A program made the translations under genes and the position numbers. The notes below the pieces were generated by a model that worked only from the letters and a program-made list of their open reading frames with translations, was not told where the DNA came from and ran no database searches. A DNA stretch of 63,627 nucleotides, counting the filler, from Octopus bimaculoides (Eukaryota), in assembly GCF_001194135.2 (NCBI RefSeq). It is 5 parts of 4 records of this genome, joined end to end, with 100 filler letters (N's around TTAATTAATTAA, not from the genome) between each part and the next. Parts side by side here need not be neighbours in the genome. Positions count along the whole stretch, not along the records: positions 1 to 21,634 come from NC_068991.1; 4 more parts are not named here. The stretch is one strand, 5' to 3'. Numbering within the stretch: the stretch's first letter is position 1; each line of letters begins with the position of its first letter. Below are positions 1 through 11,989 of this stretch, piece after piece.

Positions 1-3000
1 GGTTTTCGTTACTTCCCGTTAGTTCCCGTTGGTTTCCGTTAGTTTCCGTTCGTTTCCGTTACTTTCCGTTACTTTCAGCTATTTTCCGTTAGTTTTCGCT
101 ACTTTCAGTTACCTTCCGTTAGTTCCCGTTGGTTTCCGTTAGATTCCGTTACTTTCCGTTAGTTTCCGTTACTTTCCGTTAGTTTCCGTTACTTTCCGTT
201 ACTTTCCGTTAGTTTCCGTTAGTTTCCGTTACTTGCCGTTACGTCCCGTTCGTTTCCGTTACTTTCCGTGATTTTCCGTTAGTTCACGTTAGTTTCCGTT
301 AGATTCCGTTAGTTGCCGTTCGTTTCCGTGACTTTCCGTTATTTCCCGTTACTTTCAGTTACTTTCAGCTATTTTCCGTTAGTTTCCGCTACTTTCAGTT
401 ACCTTCCGTTAGTTCCCGTTGGTTTCCGTTAGATTCCGTTACTTTCCGTTAGTTTCCGTTGGTTTCGGTTACTTTCGCTTAGTTTCCGTTGGTTTCGGTT
501 ACTTTCGGTTTGTTTCCGTTGGTTTCGGTTACTTTCCGTTAGTTTCGGTTAGTTTCCGTTACTAAACCTTAGTTTCCGTTAGTTTCTGTTAGTTTCCGTT
601 ACTTTCCGTTAGTGTCCGTCGGTTTCCGTTAGTTTCCGTTAGTTTCCGTTACTTTCGGTTAGTTTCGGTTAGTTTCCGTTACTTTCCGTTAATTTGCATT
701 CGTTTCCGTTAGTACTTGTTACTTTCCGCTAGTTTCCGTTACTTTCCGTTACTTTCCGATACCTTCCGTTACTTTACGTTAGTTTCCCTTACTTTCCGTT
801 AGTTTGCCTTACTTTCCGTTAGTTTCCGTTATTTTATGTTCGTTTCGGTTACTTACCGTTATTTTATGTTAGTTTCCGTTACTTTCCGTCATTTTCCGTT
901 ACTTCAAAATCAACTTTGTTGAAGATTCCAGGAATGTCCTGGAAAGTTCCAAGGATTTAAAGTAAACTTTGGGGGAAGATTCCGAGCATTTCATGGAAAG
1001 TTCCGAGGAATTAGATTCAACTTTAGTTTCCGTTAGATTCCGTTAGTTTCCGTTACTTGCCGTTACTTCCCGTTCGTTTCCGTTACTTTCCGTTATTTTC
1101 CGTTAGTTCACGTTAGTTTCCGTTAGATTCCGTTAGTTTCCGTTAGTTTCCGTTAGTTTCCGTTGGTTTCCGTTAGTTTCCATTATTTTATGCTAATTTC
1201 CGTTACTTTCCGTTAGTTGCCGTTACTTTCCGTTACTTTCCGTTAGTTNNNNNNNNNNNNNNNNNNNNNNNNNNNNNNNNNNNNNNNNNNNNNNNNNNNN
1301 NNNNNNNNNNNNNNNNNNNNNNNNNNNNNNNNNNNNNNNNNNNNNNNNNNNNNNNNNNNNNNNNNNNNNNNNNNNNNNNNNNNNNNNNNNNNNNNNNNNN
1401 NNNNNNNNNNNNNNNNNNNNNNNNNNNNNNNNNNNNNNNNNNNNNNNNNNNNNNNNNNNNNNNNNNNNNNNNNNNNNNNNNNNNNNNNNNNNNNNNNNNN
1501 NNNNNNNNNNNNNNNNNNNNNNNNNNNNNNNNNNNNNNNNNNNNNNNNNNNNNNNNNNNNNNNNNNNNNNNNNNNNNNNNNNNNNNNNNNNNNNNNNNNN
1601 NNNNNNNNNNNNNNNNNNNNNNNNNNNNNNNNNNNNNNNNNNNNNNNNNNNNNNNNNNNNNNNNNNNNNNNNNNNNNNNNNNNNNNNNNNNNNNNNNNNN
1701 NNNNNNNNNNNNNNNNNNNNNNNNNNNNNNNNNNNNNNNNNNNNNNNNNNNNNNNNNNNNNNNNNNNNNNNNNNNNNNNNNNNNNNNNNNNNNNNNNNNN
1801 NNNNNNNNNNNNNNNNNNNNNNNNNNNTTACCGTTATTTTATGTTAGTTTCCGTTACTTTCCGTCATTTTCCGTTACTTCAAAATCAACTTTGTTGAAGA
1901 TTCCAGGAATGTCCTGGAAAGTTCCAAGGATTTAAAGTAAACTTTGGGGGAAGATTCCGAGCATTTCATGGAAAGTTCCGAGGAATTAGATTCAACTTTA
2001 GTTTCCGTTAGATTCCGTTAGTTTCCGTTACTTGCCGTTACTTCCCGTTCGTTTCCGTTACTTTCCGTTATTTTCCGTTAGTTCACGTTAGTTTCCGTTA
2101 GATTCCGTTAGTTTCCGTTAGTTTCCGTTAGTTTCCGTTGGTTTCCGTTAGTTTCCATTATTTTATGCTAATTTCCGTTACTTTCCGTTAGTTGCCGTTA
2201 CTTTCCGTTACTTTCCGTTAGTTTCCGTTACTTTCCGTTTGTTCCCGTTAGTTTCCGTTACTTGCCGTTATCTTCCGTTAGTTCACGTTAGTTTCCGTTA
2301 GATTCCGTTAGCTTCCGTTAGTTTCCGTTAGTTTCCGTTTTCCGTTAGTTTCCGTTACCTCCCGTTAGTTTCCGTTACTTCCCTTCAGTTTCCGTTAGTT
2401 TCCGTTCGTTTCCGTTACTTTCCGTTAATTTCCGTTACTTTCAGTTAGTTTCAGCTACTTTCCGTTAGTTTCCGTTTCTTTCCGTTACTTTCCGTTACCT
2501 TCCGTTAGTTCCCGTTGGTTTCCGTTAGTTTCCGTTACTTTCCGTTAGTTTCCGTTAGTTTCGGTTACTTTCGGTTAGTTTCCGTTGGTTTCGGTTACTT
2601 TCCGTTAGTTTCCGTTATTAACCCTTAGTTTCCGTTAGTTTCCGTTAGTCTCCGTTACTTTCCGTTAGTGTCCGTCGGTTTCCGTTAGTTTCCGTTAGTT
2701 TCGGTTAGTTTCCGTTAGTTTCCGTTAATTTCCATTCGTTTCCGTTAGTATCCGTTACTTTCCGTTAGTTTCCGCTAGTTTCCGTTACTTTCCGTTACTT
2801 TCCGTTAGTTTGCGTTAGTTTCCCTTACTTTCCGTTAGTTTCCGTTACTTACCGTTATTTTATGTTAGTTTCCGTTACTTTCCGTTAGTTGCCGTTACTT
2901 TCCGTTACTTTTTGTTAGTTTCCGTTAGTTTCCGTTACTTTCTGTCATTTCGCGTTACTTCAAAATCAACTTTCTTGAAGATTCCAGGAATGTCATGGAA

Positions 3001-3368
3001 AGTTCCAAGGATTTAAAGTAAACTTTGGGGAAGATTCCGAGAATTTCATGGAAAGTTCCGAGGAATTCGATTCAAATTTATTTTCCGTTAGATTCCGTTA
3101 GTTTCCGTTAGTTCCCGTTAGTTTCCGTTACTTTCCGTTAGTTTCCGTTAATTCCCGTTAGTTTCCGTTACTTTCCGTTAGTTCCCGTTAGTTTACGTTG
3201 CTTTCCGTTAGTTTCCATTATTTTATGCTAATTTCCGTTACTTTCCGTTAGTTGCCGTTACTTTCCGTTACTTTCCGTTAGTCTCTGTTAGTTTCTGTTA
3301 GTTTCCGTTAGATTCCGTTAGTTTCCGTTAATTTCCGTTAGTTTCCGTTACTTTCCTTAGTCCGTTAC
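1..3368. repeat. 10-bp satellite (GTTAGTTTCC / GTTACTTTCC)n interrupted about every 1 kb by a ~120-bp block
   Basis: Hundreds of 10-mer units. The block 'cttcaaaatcaacttt...gattcaactt' recurs at ~902-1023, ~1877-1998 and ~2958-3079. N gap at 1249-1827. Confidence 0.97.
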
Positions 3369-4347
3369 TTTAAAATCAACTTTCTGGAAGATTCAGGGTA
3401 TGTACTGGAAAGTTCGAAGAAATGAAAATCAACTTTGTTGAATATTCCGAGGATTTCATAGAAAATTCCGAGGACTTCATGGAAAGTTCCGGTGATTTTC
3501 CTTGAAATTTCCGAGGACGTCATCTAAAGTTCCTGGAAAAATTTAAAGATTTCCTGGAAAGTTCCGAGGATTTCATGGAAGGTTCCTAGGATTTAAGATC
3601 AACTTGCTGAAAAATGTATCGTACGTAAGAATGAACGAACAAACGAACGAAGAAAAGAACGAACGAACAAATAAACGAACGAACGAATATACGTTCGTAC
3701 GTACGAATGAACGAACGAATGAATGTACGTTCGTACGTACGAATGAACGAAAGTATGTATGTACGTACGTACGAAAGAATGAACTAACGAACGAACAAAA
3801 CGAACGAACAAATGAACAAATGAACAAACGTAAGTACGTACGTATGGAAATTTTCGAGGATTTAAGTTCGACTTCGTGGAAAATTCCTGGAAAATTCCTG
3901 AAAGATTCTGAAGATTTCCTTGAAATTTCCGAGGATTTCACGGAATATTGCGAGGATTTAAGATCGACTTCCTGGAAAATTCCGCGGGTTTCATGGAATG
4001 ATCCGAGGCTTTAAATCGACTTCCTGGAAAGATCAGNNNNNNNNNNTCCGCAGATTTCCTGGAAATTTCGGAGGATTTCCAGGAAATTTCCGAGGACTTC
4101 ATGGAAAGTTACGAGGATTTAATGGAAAGTTCCATGGAATTCATAGAAAGTTTCGAAGATCTAAGCTCGGCTTCCTGTAAAATTCCAAGGGTTTCATGGA
4201 AAATTCCGAGGTTTTAAAATGAACTTCATGTAAGATTCCGAGGATTTGATGTAAAATTCCGAGGATTTGATGTAAAATTCCGATGATTTCCTGGAAATTT
4301 CCGAGGATTTAAGTTCGACATCCTGGAAAATTCCAAGGACTTCCTGG
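3369..4347. repeat. ~21-bp minisatellite (consensus approx. TTTCCTGGAAAGTTCCGAGGA) interleaved with a 4-mer array at 3617-3845
   Basis: Repeated ttcctggaaa(g/a/t)ttccgaggat units at 3369-3612 and 3846-4347. The same motif forms the 120-bp blocks inside the 10-mer satellite. Confidence 0.92.
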
Positions 4348-5998
4348 AACGAACGAAATATCGAACGAATGAAAGAACGAACGAAAGATCGTATATACGT
4401 ATGTAAGAAAGAACGAACGAACGAACGAAGGAAAGAACAAACGAACGAACGTAGGTACGTACGTACGAAAGACAGAATGTACGAAAGAACGAACGTACGT
4501 ACGTACTAACTAACGAAAGAATGAACGAACGGAAAACGTAGGTACGTACGTACGAACAAACGAACGAACGTAAGTACAAATGGACGAACGAGCGTACGTA
4601 CGTACGTGCGTACAAACGAACGTACGTTCATACATCCGTACGTACGAACAGACAAACGAGTGAACGAACGTACGTACGTTCGAAAAAATGGAAGGAAGTA
4701 CGTACGAACGAACGAAAGAACGAACGAAATGAAAGAACGAACGTACGAACGAACGAAAGAACGACCGAACGAACGAACGTACGTTTGTACGTACAAACAT
4801 ACGTAAGAACGAATGAACGAACGTACGTACGTAAGAAAGTACGAACGAAAGAACGAAAGAACTAACGAATGAAAGTACGTCCGAACATAGGTACGAACGA
4901 ACGAACGAATGAACGAACAAACAAACGAAGATACGTACATACAAACAAATGAAAAAAGAACGAACGAACGTACGTACGTTTGTACGCACGAACCAACGTA
5001 CGTACGTTTGTACGCACGAACGAACGAACGTACGAAAGAGCGATCGGACGAACAAACGTACGTAAGTACTAATGAACGAACGAACCAACGAACGTAGGTA
5101 CGTAATTACGATTGAACGAACGAACGAACGAACGAACGAATGTACCTACCTAAGGACGTAAGAACGAACGATAGAACGTACGAACATACGTAATTTCGTA
5201 TGTAGGTAGGCACAAAATAACAAAAGAACGAAGAAACGTACGAACGAACGATCGAAAGAACGAAAGAACGAATGAACGAACGAACATACGACCGAATGAA
5301 CGAACGAACAAAAGTATCTACGTACGTACGTACGAACAAACGTATGTATGTACGCACGAATGAACGAACGTACGGACTATCGAACGAACCAACCAACGTA
5401 CGTAAGTTCGTACGTACGAATGAACGAACGAAAGACCATACGTACGTACGAAGGAACGAAAGGACTAACGAAAAAAAGAACGTAAGAACGAACGAACGAA
5501 AGTACGCAATTACATACGTACCTAGGTACGAACGAACGAACGAATAAACGAGCGAAAAATCGAACGAACGAAAGAAGGAACGAACGTACGAACGAACGAA
5601 CGAACGAAAGAATCACTGAACCAACGCAAGTACGTAGGAAAGTACGAAAGAAAGAACGAACGAAGTAACGAATGAACGTACGTACGAACGTAGGTACGAA
5701 AGAACGAAAGTACGAACGAAAGAACGAAAGTACGTACGTACGAACGAATGAACGAACGAACAAACGAATGAACGTACATACGAACAAACGAAAAATGAAC
5801 GAACGAACGAACGTACGTACGTATGTACGCACGAACGAACGAAGGAACGATTGAACGAACGTATGTAAGAACGAACGAAAGAACGCACGTAGGTATTTAC
5901 GTACATACGAACGAACGAATAAACGAACGTACGTACCTACGAACGAAAGATCAATCGAACAAACGAACGTACGTACGTACGTATGTACGAACGAACGA
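4348..5998. repeat. Degenerate CpG-rich tetranucleotide array (GAAC/GTAC/GAAT/GAAA)n
   Basis: Continuous acga/acgt/atga/aaga 4-mers. This array produces the spurious RSFV/TNER ORFs. Confidence 0.96.
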
Positions 5999-7265
5999 GT
6001 AAAATAATACACGCGCGCGCGCACCCACCCACACGCACATACACACACACACATGGAGTTACTGGTTTTTAGGTGAGCAGCTAAAGAGTCGATGGGCCTC
6101 ATCTGTTTTGGGTTCATTGGGGTATCTGTGACTGACCTTCTTCCAGAGTCAATTCCGTGACATGCAGAGTGATTCAAAGATGGGACCTTGGCAGATACTA
6201 CTACTTTGTATCAGAGTAGACTCATGAAATATAGTAGCAAATATGTCGTTTTGCACTTCTTAAGGCCCTTCGGCTCCCGAACCAGCGCCCTGTTATTCGA
6301 TGCAGTTAAAATTCATATCAAGAACTTNNNNNNNNNNNNNNNNNNNNNNNNNNNNNNNNNNNNNNNNNNNNNNNNNNNNNNNNNNNNNNNNNNNNNNNNN
6401 NNNNNNNNNNNNNNNNNNNNNNNNNNNNNNNNNNNNNNNNNNNNNNNNNNNNNNNNNNNNNNNNNNNNNNNNNNNNNNNNNNNNNNNNNNNNNNNNNNNN
6501 NNNNNNNNNNNNNNNNNNNNNNNNNNNNNNNNNNNNNNNNNNNNNNNNNNNNNNNNNNNNNNNNNNNNNNNNNNNNNNNNNNNNNNNNNNNNNNNNNNNN
6601 NNNNNNNNNNNNNNNNNNNNNNNNNNNNNNNNNNNNNNNNNNNNNNNNNNNNNNNNNNNNNNNNNNNNNNNNNNNNNNNNNNNNNNNNNNNNNNNNNNNN
6701 NNNNNNNNNNNNNNNNNNNNNNNNNNNNNNNNNNNNNNNNNNNNNNNNNNNNNNNNNNNNNNNNNNNNNNNNNNNNNNNNNNNNNNNNNNNNNNNNNNNN
6801 NNNNNNNNNNNNNNNNNNNNNNNNNNNNNNNNNNNNNNNNNNNNNNNNNNNNNNNNNNNNNNNNNNNNNNNNNNNNNNNNNNNNNNNNNNNNNNNNNNNN
6901 NNNNNNNNNNNNNNNNNNNNNNNNNNNNNNNNNNNNNNNNNNNNNNNNNNNNNNNNNNNNNNNNNNNNNNNNNNNNNNNNNNNNNNNNNNNNNNNNNNNN
7001 NNNNNNNNNNNNNNNNNNNNNNNNNNNNNNNNNNNNNNNNNNNNNNNNNNNNNNNNNNNNNNNNNNNNNNNNNNNNNNNNNNNNNNNNNNNNNNNNNNNN
7101 NNNNNNNNNNNNNNNNNNNNNNNNNNNNNNNNNNNNNNNNNNNNNNNNNNNNNNNNNNNNNNNNNNNNNNNNNNNNNNNNNNNNNNNNNNNNNNNNNNNN
7201 NNNNNNNNNNNNNNNNNNNNNNNNNNNNNNNNNNNNNNNNNNNNNNNNNNNNNNNNNNNNNNNNN

Positions 7266-7440
7266 TAAGGCCGCGAGCTGGCAGAATTGTTAGCACGCCG
7301 GGGAAAATGCTTAGCGGCATTTTGTTCTTTGTCACGTTCCACCGAGGCAGATTTTGCCTTTCATCCTTTCCGGGTCGATAAAATGAGTATAAGTTGAACA
7401 CTGGAGTCAACGTAATCAATTTAACGCCTATCCCCAAAAC
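7266..7440 (+). mobile_element. tRNA-derived SINE, family A (core resembles the MetaSINE central domain)
   Basis: Head 'aaggccgcgagctggcagaattgttagcacgcc...' and core 'gcctttcatcctttccgggtcgataaaatgagt'. At least 8 further copies in the window. Confidence 0.85.
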
Positions 7441-7847
7441 TGCTAAAATTTGGAATCAGTAGTCTAAGGGAAATAACTAATAAAAAAAATATAATTCTTA
7501 TTTCCCTTTAAGTTATATGTGACCGTCACGAAAGTTACAAATTTATAAGTGCAGCAGTGCATAACTCCGCACGCCTTCACAAAGTTAACTAATACCTGAA
7601 AATAATTCACTGCATTGTAAGCGGGCACACACAACACATAAACTGAAATATTTATGGTTCATCTTTGTTCGGTGTCATATGAAGTTCGATGACTGAATTT
7701 AAGCTCTGGCAAAATCATTAAGAAGGCCTTGATCTGTTCGGAGCAATAGCAGAAAACACTTGCCCAAGAGGCCACGCAGTGGGACAGGCTACTAAGCGAG
7801 TTTCTTAACCTCATCGCAAAACTTGCACCCATTACAGAAAAATAAAG

Positions 7848-7892
<45 letters not shown>

Positions 7893-7902
7893 CCACTTAT
7901 AC

Positions 7903-8155
7903 TAATGGTTCTCAATTGGGGTTCATATGGCCTACGAACGCCTATTTAAGATTTTGTTGTAAAAATTTACCTCCAATAAACTGGTTATATTTCTTCAATA
8001 CACAAAATATTTCAACGATTTCTTTTTATACAATTTCTAATAATATTTAATTATAAAAATATAACACAATTAAAAAAAAATGGCTATGAGGACCCACCCG
8101 AGTAAAATATGAATCGAAGGGGTCCACAGGTAAAATATATGGTTGAGAACCACTG
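7903..8155. mobile_element. hAT-type MITE
   Basis: TIRs taatggttctcaa / ttgagaaccactg (CAGTGGTTCTCAA type). 8-bp TSD acttatac (7895-7902) / acttaaac (8156-8163), 7 of 8 matching. Confidence 0.85.
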
Positions 8156-9066
8156 ACTTAAACTATCATTTTGACCCCTTTTCTTCATGAGACTGATTAA
8201 TAGGGAAATTTGAAAATAAGCCACAAAAACTCAGGAAGCAACAAAATTATAAAGGTCTACCTTAACTGCTTTACTCCAAAAGAAATCATACACTTTCTTA
8301 TATCTATAACTAATGATATCAAAACAGCCAAATTATTAAATTTGGAAACAGGCCAAAAATTTTCAGGATCTTAAAGTCTCAATAAGTTCCAAGTGAAGTA
8401 GAATCGTACATCCATCACCTTCTTTAGGTACAAGCATGGCTGTGTCGTTAGGAAACTCGCTTTGCAGCTACTTGATTTCGAGTACAGTCCACTGCATGGC
8501 ATTTCGGTTAAGTGTTTCCAACTATAACCGCGGACCGAATAATGGCTTGTNNNNNNNNNNNNNNNNNNNNNNNNNNNNNNNNNNNNNNNNNNNNNNNNNN
8601 NNNNNNNNNNNNNNNNNNNNNNNNNNNNNNNNNNNNNNNNNNNNNNNNNNNNNNNNNNNNNNNNNNNNNNNNNNNNNNNNNNNNNNNNNNNNNNNNNNNN
8701 NNNNNNNNNNNNNNNNNNNNNNNNNNNNNNNNNNNNNNNNNNNNNNNNNNNNNNNNNNNNNNNNNNNNNNNNNNNNNNNNNNNNNNNNNNNNNNNNNNNN
8801 NNNNNNNNNNNNNNNNNNNNNNNNNNNNNNNNTTCAGGATCTTAAAGTCTCAATAAGTTCCAAGTGAAGTAGAATCGTACATCCATCACCTTCTTTAGGT
8901 ACAAGCATGGCTGTGTCGTTAGGAAACTCGCTTTGCAGCTACTTGATTTCGAGTACAGTCCACTGCATGGCATTTCGGTTAAGTGTTTCCAACTATAACC
9001 GCGGACCGAACAATGGCTTGTAAGCGAATTTAGTAGACGGAAAATGTGTGAAAGCTCCTCCAATAT

Positions 9067-9099
<33 letters not shown>

Positions 9100-9101
<2 letters not shown>

Positions 9102-9300
9102 ATCTTTTATTTCTTTCAGTCATTAGACTGCAGCCATGCTGGAGCACCGCCTTGAAGAGTTTTTAGTCGAATGCATCGACCCCAGCACTATTTTTTTTTA
9201 CCATCTGGTACTTATTCTATCGGGCCTCTTTTGTTGAACCATTAAGTTACAGGGACTTAAACACGCCAACACCGGTTATTAAGCGGCAATGGAGGACAAA
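9100..9300 (-). mobile_element. 3' module of the composite SINE (family B/C)
   Basis: 'tcagtcattagactgcagccatgctggagcaccgcc...ctggtacttattctatcgg...aacacgccaacaccgg' matches the copies at 51590 and 56920. Confidence 0.8.
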
Positions 9301-9357
9301 CACAAATAGAAAGCCTATACGCGCGCGCGNNNNNNNNNNATATATATATATATATAT

Positions 9358-9815
9358 GCCCATACACACATTTACATACTCATATACACATGTCTCTCTC
9401 TCTACACACGCATATACATATACATGTATACGCATATATATATGTATAAATATGTACACACACACGGTGCATAAGGGTGAACGTCATGCACGTCTCCTTC
9501 CTTTATACGTATATGTATATACATACGCTTGTATATTTGCGGTTGTAGGTGTGTTGATTGATAGGAGGGTGTACATGTATATATATATATATGTACCTCT
9601 ATACATATGTATATATGCATATTCATGTATGTGGCGAGGGTAAATATATGCCTGTACGAGTGTGCATATATGTATATGTTTATGTTTGTGTATGAGTATA
9701 CTTATTTGTTTAAATGTCTAATATAAGTGTAGGCATATATCTATGTGAGGATGCAGCTATGTATACATATATACGTAGAGAGAGATGTGTATGTGAGCAT
9801 GTAAACGTGTGTATG

Positions 9816-9818
<3 letters not shown>
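9358..9818. mobile_element. Putative non-autonomous TIR element embedded in a (TA)n array
   Basis: ~45-bp inverted termini (gcccatacacacatttacatactcatatacacat... / ...atgtgtatgtgagcatgtaaacgtgtgtatgggc), with (TA)n on both sides. Confidence 0.55.
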
Positions 9819-9849
<31 letters not shown>

Positions 9850-10576
9850 NNNNNNNNNNNNNNNNNNNNNNNNNNNNNNNNNNNNNNNNNNNNNNNNNNN
9901 NNNNNNNNNNNNNNNNNNNNNNNNNNNNNNNNNNNNNNNNNNNNNNNNNNNNNNNNNNNNNNNNNNNNNNNNNNNNNNNNNNNNNNNNNNNNNNNNNNNN
10001 NNNNNNNNNNNNNNNNNNNNNNNNNNNNNNNNNNNNNNNNNNNNNNNNNNNNNNNNNNNNNNNNNNNNNNNNNNNNNNNNNNNNNNNNNNNNNNNNNNNN
10101 NNNNNNNNNNNNNNNNNNNNNNNNNNNNNNNNNNNNNNNNNNNNNNNNNNNNNNNNNNNNNNNNNNNNNNNNNNNNNNNNNNNNNNNNNNNNNNNNNNNN
10201 NNNNNNNNNNNNNNNNNNNNNNNNNNNNNNNNNNNNNNNNNNNNNNNNNNNNNNNNNNNNNNNNNNNNNNNNNNNNNNNNNNNNNNNNNNNNNNNNNNNN
10301 NNNNNNNNNNNNNNNNNNNNNNNNNNNNNNNNNNNNNNNNNNNNNNNNNNNNNNNNNNNNNNNNNNNNNNNNNNNNNNNNNNNNNNNNNNNNNNNNNNNN
10401 NNNNNNNNNNNNNNNNNNNNNNNNNNNNNNNNNNNNNNNNNNNNNNNNNNNNNNNNNNNNNNNNNNNNNNNNNNNNNNNNNNNNNNNNNNNNNNNNNNNN
10501 NNNNNNNNNNNNNNNNNNNNNATATATACCAAACTAGTTTCAAAAATGTTTTTTGTTTATCAATGGTAAAAGAAAC

Positions 10577-10995
10577 CATTTCCTGAACAAAACCTGGTTT
10601 CATTCGATGTAATAAACTTCTACACCTTGATCCCTCATGAATACGGAATAATAGCTATACAATACTGGCTGGAAAATTTCCCAAATGGTATTCTTGACCG
10701 AATCGGAAAAGAATTCATCGTTGAAGGAATAAAATTCATCCTACAGAACAACTTCAATTTCGACGAAAACACTTATAGACAAAAATCGGGCACGGCAATG
10801 GGAACGAGGGTAGCGCCTACTTTTGCCAACCTTGTCATGGCATACTTGGAAGTCCAAATATACGAACACGCTAGATTGAAATTTGGAGACAACTTCCCAA
10901 AATACTTACTCACCAACTGAAACACTACCTAGATGACTGTTTCATCCTGTGGCCACATAACCTTGAACAACTCTCAAAATTTAAAAACGTCATCT
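10577..10995 (+). mobile_element. Penelope-like element reverse transcriptase fragment (family 1)
   Basis: Translates to LYTLIPH...YRQKSGTAMGTRVAPTFANLVMAYLE...*KHYLDDCFILW, i.e. PLE RT motifs including the GxAMG motif and YLDD, with an internal stop. Confidence 0.9.
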
Positions 10996-11619
10996 TATAA
11001 AATGTTTACGATAGTTGATTTATGGAAAAAATTATAATGTTAAATTTTTGAAATGCAAATATGTGAATGAAGATTTAATTTGTAGTCGAAATAGTACTGA
11101 ATCTTTTGATACCCCATACGTCAAAATCTGTAACCCGGTTTTGGAATGCATAAAGAATATATATATATATATAGGACAGACTTCTTTCAAACTGAAAGTG
11201 TTATCTCACATTACAACAGCGAGGTAATACTGAAATAGTGTAAGAGATAAGAGATTGCTCTAGGCTCGCATTAGACAAGAAGCTGGAAATTTATTTGGCC
11301 CATGACACTGCATGGATCTTGGCTTTTGTATTTGATGACTGTTGCTTTAAGTATTTTATTTCGATTTTATGTATAAATGTATGTATGAGCCAATGAGGGA
11401 GACCTCTACATGGCAGCTAGACCTGGTAGAAATAGCAGTCAAATCTCACTCAAAACACCCTACTGTCTTAATCCGACAGTTCTGCCTATTATGTATCAGG
11501 TCATCCCATAAGTTCTGTCTGAATTTTGAATAAAGAAAACAAGTGATCAAATGTTATATTTAATTGAAAGTTAATCATCAATGTACTTTCCCTGATTATC
11601 TATGACTTCCTTCCATCTA

Positions 11620-11810
11620 TTTACAAGCTTCTTAATCCCAAAAATAGTAATTCTCATTATGAAACTAACAATTCTGAAAATCTTTTTAGATTACAGAACG
11701 CCCTGCTCTCTCATATATCCATGTTTAAAATTTCAGCGCGATCGAATGAACAACACTCAAGTTATAAGTGCACAGACAGACAGATAGACAGACAGAAAAG
11801 ATTTTATATA
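11620..11810 (+). mobile_element. Helentron/DINE-1-like non-autonomous fragment
   Basis: 'aaatttcagcgcgatcg...gttataag' followed by a (GACA)n tract and 'ttttatatat', the layout typical of HINE/DINE-like ends. Confidence 0.45.
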
Positions 11811-11989
11811 TTATATTATTATAAGAATATAAAATAATATCATGTTAATAAATTTTAATTTTTGAATTGACAACTGTATATCTCCATTTTCTATTCATTT
11901 TTATAAATTTAATATATACTCATGTGATTCGTAAGGTTTTTCTCTACAAAATTGGGTATTTAACAGTGGAGCGAATGAAAGATTGGAAG

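Noticed and set aside
853-2223. Apparently exact 396-bp duplication (853-1248 = 1828-2223)
   Set aside because: The copies flank an N gap and look identical, so an unmerged contig overlap is more likely than a real duplication.
1-3368. CRISPR-like look of repeats interrupted by ~120-bp 'spacers'
   Set aside because: The interrupting blocks are near-identical to each other, the repeats are long 10-mer arrays, no cas genes are present, and the context is eukaryotic.
3573-6177. Long RSFV/TNER-rich ORFs (also 20984-21690)
   Set aside because: These are translations of 4-mer satellites that lack stop codons in several frames on both strands.
6188-7437. ORFs of 200-400 aa containing X runs (also at 9.7, 19, 34, 36, 38, 40 and 55 kb)
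   Set aside because: They are open only because they read through N gaps.
8362-9021. 189-bp direct repeat (8362-8550 / 8833-9021)
   Set aside because: One mismatch and directly flanking a gap, typical of a haplotype or contig-overlap artefact.
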